A stretch of DNA of 53,415 bases, counting the filler, from Trypethelium eluteriae (Eukaryota), in the NCBI GenBank assembly GCA_051942245.1. It is 3 parts of 3 records of this genome, joined end to end, with 100 filler letters (N's around TTAATTAATTAA, not from the genome) between each part and the next. Parts side by side here need not be neighbours in the genome. Positions count along the whole stretch, not along the records: positions 17,946 to 35,664 come from JAVECL010000582.1; 2 more parts are not named here. The stretch is one strand, 5' to 3'. Below are positions 21,485 through 32,889 of the stretch, one piece after another (the first letter of the stretch is position 1; each line of letters begins with the position of its first letter). Under the pieces are notes generated by a model. The model ran no database searches, was not told the DNA's origin, and saw only the letters and a program-made list of their open reading frames with translations. Both the position numbers and the translations under genes were made by a program.

Positions 21485-23397
21485 TAATCGAATTAGTCAA
21501 TCAATCAGAGTAATGCACCCGCGCCCTAATGGGGTATCTTGAACGACTCGGCTGCTCGACTAGGGAATTGCTTGTCGCTTTGTCCCCCATCCTGCCCTCA
21601 TCCCACTCGAGATTACTATTGCGTGCGCGATCAGACATCGAGCGCCATCAAGCAAGCATTCCCTTTATCAGGCCAACCTTAATCACCCAATCTGTTCACA
21701 TTCTGCGATCGAACTTCATCAAAGTAGCAGTCGATAGCTGACAACCCCCTTCCCCCTAGTTCTTCATTATCAATCGGCCCTTTTGCTTCTGCCTTGGCCT
21801 AGCTGAATCAGCTTATTCTCGGCCGATGGGCACAGTAGTCGAGGTGGCACAGGAGAAGAACGACGGCGAGCGCCAGAGACAAGACCAACGTAGCCAAAGT
21901 AAAAATCAGTCATTAAAGCCTACAAGGGGCAATAAAGAAGTTTCATCAAGCAGCTAGGATCTTTTTTCTTGCTTTTTCTTCCCTACGCTTATTCTTCCCT
22001 GCTATCGCTTATACCCGTCCATCTACCCTCTCCTCTACCCAAGCCTGGCCTGGCCCAAAGCCAAGCAGGAATTTTAGCGACTAAGCGAGAAGCGGTAGGT
22101 CCACCAAAAATTCTTATCCCTCATTAATTATTGCTTCTCGGCATATGCAGCAAAATTTGGCTGTACTCCGTACACTGATAACTAAAACTAGCCTGTATGT
22201 CTTTGATTATTACCGCACGTCAGCGTCAGGGAAGGGGATGACAGTGAAATGGTTATGGCGTCATACTTCGTCAACCAAAGCGCTAACTCAATGTTGCCAA
22301 TAATACAACCATTCGGAGAGTTGATCAATTAGGACGCTGCATGACAGTGGCACGGATAGCTTTTTAGGCACAGACAAGCGGCGAGGGAAGGGGGAGGCAA
22401 AGGCGGCATCGTGCAGCACGGCATTAGAGAGGCACATAATGCTGACTGAAAAGGGTGTGGCACAGGAAAAAGCCATGCGTCAATTCATGTACGGAGTACC
22501 GGTACGGCGTCCATGGATGCGTCAGAGACCTAATGTGTATCTCATTAAGTCATGGACAACGCAACGAACCCTTGTCGCATTATTTTCCCAACCCCTCCCT
22601 CCCAATTGCTTTTGCGTATTTTGCTCTCTGAGGAACAGGGCGGTCTACCTAACGTATGCGTTGGAACCATCCTCATACAAGGCTAATCGAGGGAAGAGAC
22701 GTAAGGGCCATAATTATTACAGCGCGCTTGCTAAACCCAGCGCACGTTTTTGCCTGTCTAAAAGCTGGCTAGAAGATGCAACCTCCTCAATCCCAAGGAA
22801 GATCCTAATTGGGGCTAAAATACGCATGCGCCGACGCTCATTGGTTGCTTCGCTAGACGCCCAGATCTCTCTAGTCATGCTTCTCCTACTCTTTGTCCAC
22901 GCCCCTTTCCTGAGGGGCGCCACGAATCGAAGAAGGAAAAAGAATCGGGCCCACCATCGTTAGTCGCACCTGTTGTACGAAGCTATCCGCTGGGATCCGG
23001 TATTAGCTCTCAGGCTAGTATTACAAGTAGTTATGAAGATAACGATCGACTTAGTAAAAAGGATCAAAGCGCTCGTAAAACCCCAACTTTTTAGTGTTGG
23101 GGGCCGTGCAAATAGATGAAACCTTTGTTTCGAGGCCGGAAAAATTTCGTAAGATTCGGTCGGAAAAAATATTTACACTAAAATTTCAATATGTGCTGAT
23201 GCGTCCTTTGGAGCTTCTTGTGAGTAAATGATAAGGAGCGAGGACTTTTTCTCCGGTGTGAGAGGAGGGGTCGATAGTCCCTGAAGCGGCCAAGCAAACG
23301 TCTTTTCCTATCTGCGATCAATCTGTAGTGAGCAATCGCCCTGGTTGCTGACCGGAGATTTATTGGATTAGAAAAATGGTTCCGAATCTCGCAATGA

Positions 23398-26300
23398 TCA
23401 ATGACCGTTTCGGGTTGGTACAGTAGAATCGGTGGATTCCACTTGTGAGTCTGTGAGGGGAGGCCCATCTTTTCGCAAGGCAATTCTGCGGCCATGCTGA
23501 GCTGGAGTCTCTTCGATCCCTTCTCTCATCTCGGAGTCTCCGTCGCCATCCACTATGCGATCTGCCCTAGTAAGCTCGCTTTCTGTAGTCGATTCGGTGT
23601 ATGTTCGCTTCATGATACCGTCTTCGCTCTCATCTGTGCGTGGCTCGTGCTTCTCGGCCGAGCTCACATTGACAGGTCGAAAGTCTGCTGCATGTGCTTC
23701 TACCATCGCCCTTTCCGCATCTAGAGCACTGGGTACCACTTTCCGTTCTGCTGGTGAATCGCTTGATTTTCTGAAATATTGCCCTGCGACATCCATCCGG
23801 TCTTTGTGCTCGTAGCCGTGAGGGAAGATTTTGCCCATAATGGCGGCGTGCCTTTCATCCGTAGGAGTTGGTCCGGAAGATGCTGAGCCTTCTTCTTCAT
23901 CGGCCGAGCCGTCGGTCCCAATGACGGGGGCAGTAGCAAGTCCAGATGTTGGCGTATGGCGACGCTCTGCGGAGTTACGTTCTTGCTGTTCTTTGCGTGC
24001 ATGGACTTTGCGAAGGTTAGCAGCCGAGCTCTGAGATCGCATGTCTGGCCGTCCATCTTTCCGGATCAAAATCCCCTCTGCGTTGCGTATAGGTTTGGTC
24101 CGTGACTTTTTAGTATGTGCATAAGGATCCATTGTGTTCATGCGGCTCGGTGTCTGGGCCGGGGGAGGACCGGCTGAGGAACGACGGACAAGGGCGCCGC
24201 GTGCTGAACGAGCTTCAACAAGGTCTGGAGTAATCGGTTGATAGAATCCGTCTGGTGAAACCTGGGACCCTGTCCAGTCTGGATGTTCCCACTCCGGCGT
24301 GCCTAATTCATTCGGTGCAGGAAGGGCCTTCCTCCCTCGGCCACGACCGCCGCCTCTTCCTCTTCGCCTCCCATCTAATTGCTCACGCTGTGATTCGGGC
24401 CGCCAACTATCGTCCGGGTCAGCATCCTGAGAACTGTATGGTACAAAGGTCAGCCCATTGGTTGAGTCGGGATACGAATGCGGGTCACTCAGACGACGGG
24501 TTTCCTGGCTGGTTTCTATCCTGCTGGGATAGGAGTTGGATGACTCTGGATAAGTGGGCCTAAAGTCAGAAGACGTAACACGCTGACGTTTTGGAGAGCC
24601 TTCCGGTGGAGGTTCAGCAACTGCTGATTCCGCAGGTAGCACCCTCTTGGAGCTGGTAGAGCCATTGACCGACGCCCAGCCACCACCGGAGGAGCGCTCT
24701 GCTTCCATTGGTGGAGCTTGACTTGGGACTGGCGGATACGCCGATTGGTAGGTAGCGGGAGGATGAGGTTGGGGTTCGGGTCTTGGCTCAGGTCGAGGGA
24801 GTTCTCGTCGAGGTTCAATACGATTTTCCAGTCTTGGCTCGACTCGTGGTTCGATGGGCTGGAAATGTGATGGCGGAGGCGGTAAGCGTTCACCATGGTG
24901 AGGGGTTGCAAGATTCAGTGGTACTGGGGTATGATGGGGAGCTGGTTCATGTTGAGAAGCAGAGGAGGCACTTGGAGGGGGTGGTGCAGAGGAGGCTGAT
25001 GCTGGTGGACCAGTCGTCTCTTCCACCCTTCGGAGTCTTGTCTTGAAAAGATCCATTTGCATTTTTACAGTGTCCAACTCGTTGACTTTGCTCTGCATTT
25101 TGGTGACGACTTCTTGGAGAATCTCAACTTCCAGTGGCTCCTCTGGACGTCGACCATTGGGAGGGTTCGCCAGCAAATCTCTCCTAACTTTTTCGACGGC
25201 ACCGTTGACAGCATTGATCTCCCCAAATATCCGATGTATGGTGTGATCGAGACGCTCGAGGTGTTTATTCTGCTCCATGCAACTGGCAACGCACCATTGT
25301 ACTTGCTCGCTGAGCTGTCTCACAGCACTGAGGGCTTGCTCACCAGGGTTGGGAGGAGCATGATGCCCATTTGGTATTGCATGGCCATTAGGCGGACTCG
25401 CACTGGTAATGGGACCCATTCTCTCGACTGCACTCGGTTTAGGTGCAATGGCAGGAGTAGATTCTTTGCTAGCAATCTTGACTGGTCGGGAGGGGAGACT
25501 CTGAGGCGTTTTGTTGTGATCTGGATGCGTGGATTGTTGTTGTAGTGGCGGAGGAAGAACATCCGGTTCCATTGTCAAAACATTGGGAGGCCGATTAGGC
25601 TGATGGCGGCGATCCTCGTCAATATAGGGTTCTGCAGGTATGCCGGTGCTTGTGGAAGCAAGGTTTATTTTGGGGAATTTGAACAATTGACGACCGCTGC
25701 GTGATTCGATATTAGATCAGCGGTCAGGTTTTGCTCCTTTGGGGGTGATATGCGAGGGTGTCATGCACACAAAAAACCAACTTAGTCACGATGTTGGTGC
25801 GAAAGGGCGCCCCGGGCATTATAAACGAGTCGGCCGGCTTAAAGGGATAAAAAAAAAAAATTTGGTGAATCTGACTAACTCACCTGTACTCGGAGTCTGG
25901 GGGGGCCAGGGTGACGGTGATACCCAGCGTTTCGTTGCAAGTCGAGCAGGGCAGCGGCTGGATTTTACTATAGATGCGCAAGCCACCGGCATTAGTGTGG
26001 GGCCAAGTAAAAAGTCTTATATGTGCTAGCCGAGGGAAAACAGGAGGAGACGACGGGGGAGCAAATAAAAGGCGTAGATTTAGTGTCGCAAGCTTTTTTG
26101 AAATAGATTGGCCGCATCATGACCCTCTAGCGCCGCGGCGCCCCAAGTGAGAAAAATCAAGCGTACCACCGGCGAGGCAACGCTGTCCCAAACAGGTAGC
26201 TCCTGAGCAGACGAGCTTTTGCGGCACCGTATCGGTATCGGGGCAATCATGAAGCTCCAACTGTCAACTGTACTGTTACTTACCATCCGTCCAGCTCGCT

Positions 26301-26549
26301 GCGCGCCGCAGCGGGTCTGACCTTGCCTCTCGCCACGAGGAGCCCGGTGTTGCTGAACGAGCCAACCAGCGTGGGCATGTAATAGGATCCGGTCACTCTG
26401 ATGAAGGCGTTGTAGAATTCGCCGAACACTGCGCCACAGAGGCAAGCGCCGCTTACGCTCGACTCTCCAGGAGGAAGGGCTTGGGCATCTGGGGCACCTG
26501 GGGCATCTGGGCCAGTGCGAGGACTGGAAGCATTACGCGTGGGTTCCAT
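23398..26549 (-). CDS. 882-aa putative nuclear protein: N-terminal Yippee/Mis18-like zinc domain, coiled coil, Pro-rich region, RG-rich motif, basic C-terminal motif; exons 26549-26284, 25967-25884, 25696-23398
   Basis: Introns 26283-25968 (GTAAGT..CACTAAT..TAG) and 25883-25697 (GTGAGT..CTAAT..CAG), both phase 2, join GACLCGAVFG...SELDGC-KIQPLPCSTCNETLG...S-GRQLFKFPKI onto the 762-aa ORF. Confidence 0.8.
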
Positions 26550-26966
26550 GATCCATCAGATGGATGGATGGTACAGGAGGTAATTAGGATGTAGTAAGGT
26601 CGAGGACGTCACGGCAGCGCCGGGAAATGAGACCGGAGGCAATAATGCAATAATGATGAGTATCAGGTTCAGGATGCTAGCGGAACGCGCAAGGCATGAA
26701 AGGTTCTACCGCATTGGAGCCACGCCAGATAATTAGCGGGCAATTTTATCGTGCCAGGACATGGAAGTACAGAAGAGAATAAAGGCCGCTGTAGGTAGCC
26801 TCTTCCTGGGGCCTAGCGAGTCTGTGCCGCGCTACGGACTGCTCTCGTCGTTCGTTTGGCTGTGGTAATCGCCAGCGAGCGCCGCGTCAGAGGCTCAAGG
26901 ATCGGAGGCTCGGCTGGGGGAGACAGTGGAGCCAGCAGCGTGCTGTAGTCGCCGTACAGATGCGCA

Positions 26967-27002
26967 GATTGGATTGGATTGGATTGGATTGGCTTGGATT
27001 GG
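26967..27002. repeat. (GATTG)7 / (CCAAT)n pentanucleotide microsatellite, one variant unit
   Basis: gattg x5, gcttg, gattg, about 420 nt upstream of the ATG at 26549. Confidence 0.9.
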
Positions 27003-27942
27003 CATTCGTAATAAGATTCACCACTCGACAACGAACAGCGTGCCCGGCCGGATGCGGCAAGGGGGCACCGATTAGGGAGCTCGTAAGCCGTTGTAGGATA
27101 CGGGGCTTGGCTGCGAGTTGCAAAGCATAAGCTACCGGATATGGTGCATAATGTAAGGATGTGGATTCAGATATAGCGCACGATGCAGGAATCACAGGAT
27201 GGCATCGTCATATCATGCCAGATGGGCCACCCTGGCCCGGCAAGGAGCGCGGCATCAGGACGATCAGTCGCTGCAACTGGGCAAATCATGGGCAAATCGA
27301 AATACAAACGGGCCCCGTTTGCTAAAGACTCGGTCCCGGATGCAGATTAGGGTACAGGGATGGGCTGCACCGCGATATTTGCCTTTTTGCCATTAGTGAA
27401 CTTAGTGAACCTGGCGAACAGGCCACCGGTGAAACTGTGAAACCGTGAAAACTCAATCATCGCTCGTAATCTGTCCGCGCTTATGCCATTCGTTGGGTAA
27501 TACTTCTGTTTCGGGCCTCACGCTGATCAAGCACTGCCAATAACGGCACTATTATTTAGCCTTTAGCCTCTATTGCTTCATCATTTCTAGCTACCTATCT
27601 GACGCTCCAAACCCCGGCCACATCCTCCCTACGTGATGTACCTGATGTACCTGGTGTACCACTTCGGTAACCAGAGCGATACGTTTGCTGCTTCCAGCTA
27701 GGCCCACGGCCACCGCTCATCAGCCTCCTACTTGCTATTAGGTGATTAGCTTTGCACCTTTGGACCCCTTCTGAAACAGTACCAGACCGCCGGACGAGCT
27801 CTGCGACATCACAATTTTTCCACTTCCTCAACCCTACCACTGATCTCTTTCCTATCGACTCAGTCGTGAAACAAGCCCCTCGAGCTAGATTGAGCAAGCT
27901 TCCTAATCTAGGACAGCTAGAGGGACCCCACTGCGTCTGTGC

Positions 27943-30214
27943 TCACTTAACTGTAATGAAGCCAATTCCCCGACGCGCCTCTATACAGGCCTTTCGCATG
28001 CCTTGTACCTCTTCATCGGTCCATTGGACGCTGAGCTGGTCCCAGTTCTTGGTCGCGAATTCCTTGCGATACTGTTGGTGCAACTCGTTGTACCATCCTA
28101 GCCTCCTCGGGTCTCCGGAGCCACTATAGACTATGAGCGCCGTGCACGGAGGCAATGACTCGTAAATCTGTTTGATGTGATTTGTCGTCTTCTTCGTCGC
28201 TTCTGCAAGCGCCGCTACGCTTGGTTCCGCGGTTGACTGATCATCAGCAGTACGACCCTCGCTATTACCGTCTGACGTCCTGTTACGATTCCACCATCCC
28301 CGAAGTGCTTCCAGTTCACGTAAGCGTGCCCAAACGAAGTCAACACCTGCACTCGGTGCTATTGACTGATGTGCTCCTCCATTCGTGGCAACATTTACGC
28401 CTTCCACTACTTCTGCATCACTTGAGCAGCTAATAGCTGTCTCAGCTGCAGCGCCCGTTCCTCGGCCGACGTCGCCCCAGTCAACCACTGCCCCAGTCCG
28501 GCCTTCAACGATTGACGCATCGTGCTTTGAATGTATCGGCCGAGACGCGCGAGCGAGTCTTTTGAAGATGGATTCACCACTGGCTTCACCGGTTGCCCAT
28601 TTAGCTCCTTTTTCACATTTTTGCCTGACAAGATCTAGACAGGCCTTCGCATCTTCGACACTGTCATGTCCCTGGTTTCCGTGGCCTTTCTGAATTTGCC
28701 GACCTAGGTATCTCTGACTGAGCCACTTCAGTGATGATTTGAGCGGAGGACCGCGTGGATGAGGGAAGATGATGGCGGTGTCGACAATGAAAGGGTGAGT
28801 AAGTTTAAGTGCATCCAGGTCCGAATTTAGAGAATGTCCAATCAGAATGGTGTTCGGTGTCAGTATCTCGAGTAAGCGTGTCTGAACATCAACTAACCGT
28901 GTGGTGACATTCACAAGTAACTTTGCTGTGATACCAGAAAAACTATGTCATGTCAGCAGAATACTCAAGGATATCGGAATCAGCCTACGGTGTGAGGTAG
29001 TCAGTGATTGGATTGTCCGGCTTGACTAGTTGGTCCATGAGAACCTTCCCGTCCCAACCCACCAGGCTTATACGAGTCAACTCAAGGGTATCCTCCCCAG
29101 TCTTGCACATCTCGCAGTCCATGGCGATGATATCCTTCCCAGCTGTCAAATTGTCTTCCATCACCTTTCCTCCCAATGTATCTTTCTTCGCAGATGAGTC
29201 GACCTTGCTGTCCGCCCAGCCGTGTTCCGAAGTCTGTTCACGTTCGACCCTCTTCCGTAGAGCTTTATCACGTTCCTCCGTGTTTTGGAAGCTTACTGGA
29301 TGACAAACGTAGTCATTCTCTGCGAGCTCATCGGATGAAGCAATGAAAGACGTGATCGGTGTTGGCTGATCCTTCCAATATTTTGCAGCGCGAGGTGTTT
29401 GTGGTCCGCTTGCTTTCGTTTCCTCCTTGGATTTAGGTAATGGCGATGTAAGCATTGCTGCGATGGGCGAATACATGCGGTTGTATCTTTCATCCCCGGG
29501 AGTCTTGATGGGCCACATGTGGGGAAAGATGTCAGAGAGTGGCTTGAGAGGTTCAGGGAGGCGATCAGGTACAAGCTTGACAGGGTAATAGTCGTCAGGA
29601 GATGACATTTGTTTATCTGCGGAGGTCTGTTGTACAGGTGATTTGCTCGGTTCTGGAATTGCCCTGCACTCTGCGCCCTTTTCTGGAATATATGTCTTCT
29701 GTGCGTCATTTCCTGATATAGTGGAACCAGTCGTATTTTCGTGTGCTGCTATATCAACGGAAAGAGGAATCCTACCATCTGCCATACCGGCCTCCAGTCC
29801 GGGTACCATCAACACCACGACTTTCCTGATCTGTCCATGATGTCGTATAGCTACCCACTGTGGAGCGGTGCCATCTGCTAAAATATAAAGAACCAGACTT
29901 TGGAGGTCGCCTATTTTCACGAATGACTGCAGCCGTGCTTGTAGAGAATGATATATAGCAGGGTAATTACTGGTTGTGTCCCCGGGTTTCTCCTGCTGCT
30001 TCCTTCGCCTTTTGGAGGATCGCGATTCAGCGACTTGCCACTCGCTCTCCGCCTGCTCATTTTGTTGCTCGTGCGTTATTGAGGGATCACTCGGCGACTC
30101 GTTCTTCAGCAAGGCGAGAGTCGCGGCGAGCCCGAAACCAGGAGCCTTCGCGCTGTCGTCTGCATCGCCATGCTCGGTTTGGAAGTCGCGAAATGATCGC
30201 TTCCGTTGCGACAT
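27943..30214 (-). CDS. DEDDh RNA exonuclease, REX1/RNH70-like; exons 30214-28989, 28942-27943
   Basis: ExoI AMDCEMC, ExoII IGHSLNSDL, ExoIII GHDSVEDA. The 46-nt intron 28988-28943 restores ITDYLTP-FSGIT. Confidence 0.88.
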
Positions 30215-31293
30215 GTTTGCGCAGGCTAAGCAGTCTTGGTCGAAGGTGAAATCCAGTCAAAACAAATAATGCGCGGTACTGCGTAGGTTGTAGAGGTACT
30301 CTAGCTCGGCGAATTCGGCCGATCGCCGATTGGGTGCCATCAGTGCCCATTCACCATTCGATTCACTGACAGGCGAGCTTCACCAAATACGAGTCTCGAA
30401 ATCAGTATTGGGGTTTTACTTATTCAAAACAGATTGAGCCGTCGACTCTCATAGTAGGTATCGTTCCTGTGATTGATCAGATTTGCTTGCAATCTGTTGT
30501 CTCTGCGCATTTCTTCACATTTGGTGAAAAATATTGTGCTGAGCAAAATTGAATAGTGCCCTTTTGTAGGTCATTGGAACTACCTTCTAAATTATCCGCC
30601 GAGTTTTAGGCTTGAGGTAGTAAGATCCTGATGACGTCCGTCGTTTTTGGTGCATTCAATACTTCAACTGTTGAATCGTTGATCCGTTCAACCCTTTATT
30701 CACGAGAAGGTTGTTTATAGAGACGGCGCGTGGGTGAATAAGAAAACACGATTTCTTTCCCAAGTGCACTTACTGTTTTTCCCCCAACAATAGCATACCT
30801 GACATAACAAGAACGATTTGACAGACCGATCTCGAGGTTAGGTTCTAATTTAAGATATTTTTTTACAGCGATTTTGACAGATGATGTTGGCCTGCAATCA
30901 GGGACTTCCCTATTAAAGTTCTGCGATTTTCTATCGACCGCGTGCGTGCTATCGTACGATCGAGAATGTTACAACATGACTTCGGCGAAGGGCTCATTAA
31001 TGTTAGGTGGATAATCCATTCCGCGTGAGGCCCAGCAAAATCCTTTTTGGTTGATATGTCTATTCACTTCACACGAATAAGGGAGCGAGTGACCCTCGAT
31101 CCTGGAAAATATTACATTTAGTTCCACCAGAAATTTAACAGTCTCCACCTGGTCATTTCTGGCCGCCAAGAGATCTGTTGTCCAAAAAGGGGTTAAAGAG
31201 CACCCAATTCCCTCTGGCCCTCTGCTTAACCACGTAGCTCCAGATTCTCCTATTTCCTTGCATAGGCCGGTGATCCAAACGGGACCAGAAACC

Positions 31294-31838
31294 ATGACAA
31301 CAACACAACGCATGGTCCGCTTCACGATTCTGATTCACCGTGCGCCAGGCATGACCGAGGAAGAATTCAGTGCGTACTGGGACAAGCATATCGCGATTGT
31401 CAACGACTTGGTCGTTCGCCACGGTATTCACGAATACCGCCAGGTAGGTCACTAACCGAATGCTTCTGGACACGATACTCTACTGACCCATCCGGTTATC
31501 AAGTGTCGCACACCAGCTGCTATGCGTGGCAAGGTTAGTCTCCTTGCAGGCATCGAGATGAAAGCGCAAGACATTGCAGTCTAGACGCCGTAGCCGATCT
31601 CGTCGCTCCAGATTTCGAGAAACTCCGCACCTTCTTCACTGATCCGTTTTACAAGTCGATCGTCTCCCCGGACGAGCCAAAGTTCGTGGACGTGGGTCGT
31701 CTTCAGCTACTGGTGGGTTGGGAAGATGCCACCGTCCATGCAAACAAGATCTGCAAAGTGGACCGTGACACAGAGGGAGTTCGTGCTGAGCAGCCAGAAA
31801 AGGCAGACAGTCGCTTCCTGTTCAAGGCGAACCTATAA
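31294..31838 (+). pseudogene. EthD-domain (dimeric alpha-beta barrel) gene with apparent 1-nt deletion near 31583; exons 31294-31443, 31504-31838
   Basis: Exon 1 ILIHRAPGMTEEEFSAYWDKH...YRQ; intron 31444-31503 (GTAGGT..TACTGAC..AAG). Exon 2 hits TAG at 31582, but the family-like DAVADL...FFTDPFYKSIVSPDEPKFVD...LLVGWE continues in the -1 frame to TAA at 31838. Confidence 0.7.
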
Positions 31839-32137
31839 GCGGCGAAGTTTGGGTATGGCAAGCTCTTGATGTTCTCCAACTTTTCCCTGTGGATTTGAAG
31901 GATCCGGTGGTTTCCTCAAGCTATGTATTTTCTTTGGCACCAGCTATTGAAAAGGCTCGTGAGAGGGCCGCTAATTGGGTAGACCGTTTTTGATAATGCA
32001 ATGGAGATATTGATCTCATGTCGTTGGTTGTGCAGTGAAGTGTTCTCTGGACGCAGCGGTCCGTTGAGCCGCAGACGCTCAGGCATTCAGGCACCCAGGG
32101 GTGCAGGCATCGACCACGTCGGTTGATCATCGGCTCA

Positions 32138-32149
32138 ACGCGAACGCGT
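32138..32149. promoter_or_regulatory. Tandem MCB-like elements (ACGCGA-ACGCGT) upstream of the Rad53-like kinase
   Basis: Sequence ACGCGAACGCGT about 750 nt 5' of the ATG at 32890; another TCGCGT near 32334. Confidence 0.35.
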
Positions 32150-32889
32150 CGAGTCCGTCCCGATCTTCGGAGATCCCTGCCTGCTTCGACCTCACCTCTA
32201 GGGGTTTTTTCTGCAATTCAAGTCTTCATTGGCCTTGTCGGTCGTAAGCAGTGTTCTAACAATCTTCGTAGATCACGGCAGCCTAATCCTAGCCTCACGT
32301 CTCTGTCGAGTTGTACTATCTTGCCGGTATCCTCGCGTACCGCTGGTTGCATGTTCTTCGCCAGAACCATGTCGACGACAATGAATGCCTAATTCAAGTA
32401 CCTCTCTGTACAATCTTCGATAGAGGCGCCTAGACGCCCTTCCAGACATAGTCTACCTCTTTAAACACTATTATCGGAAGGTATTCTAGCATCAAAATTT
32501 GCCTGAACGCCCAATATTGACCAAGACTGGAGGCACCGGCGGGCGAAGAAGCCTCGGGTTTAATGGAGACGGGTAGCGGTTGGGGCTATATTGCTGGATA
32601 GGCTGGGTGTATTGCTACGACAACAGATGCGGGGCAAAGATCTCGAGTGTGAAGTCCAGCGACAATCTTCTTACCACATCATTCCGTGCACTTCTCTTCT
32701 TCCTCCTACATCCGTCGTCGCCAATTCCACTCGTCAATAAAACCACACTGCTGTTGATGATTTGAGAGCCCTCATTTGTCTGTCTCGCCCACAACAGTCT
32801 TGGTTTACATCTCATATAATTTGTTTTGATCTCACTACCAAGGCTAGCTGGCTCCTTAATTCAGCTTCAAGTATCGATTTAGTGGTATC

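Noticed and set aside
22439..22963. 174-aa + strand ORF
   Set aside because: No recognisable domain; lies in a degenerate-looking region and is treated under the relic finding instead.
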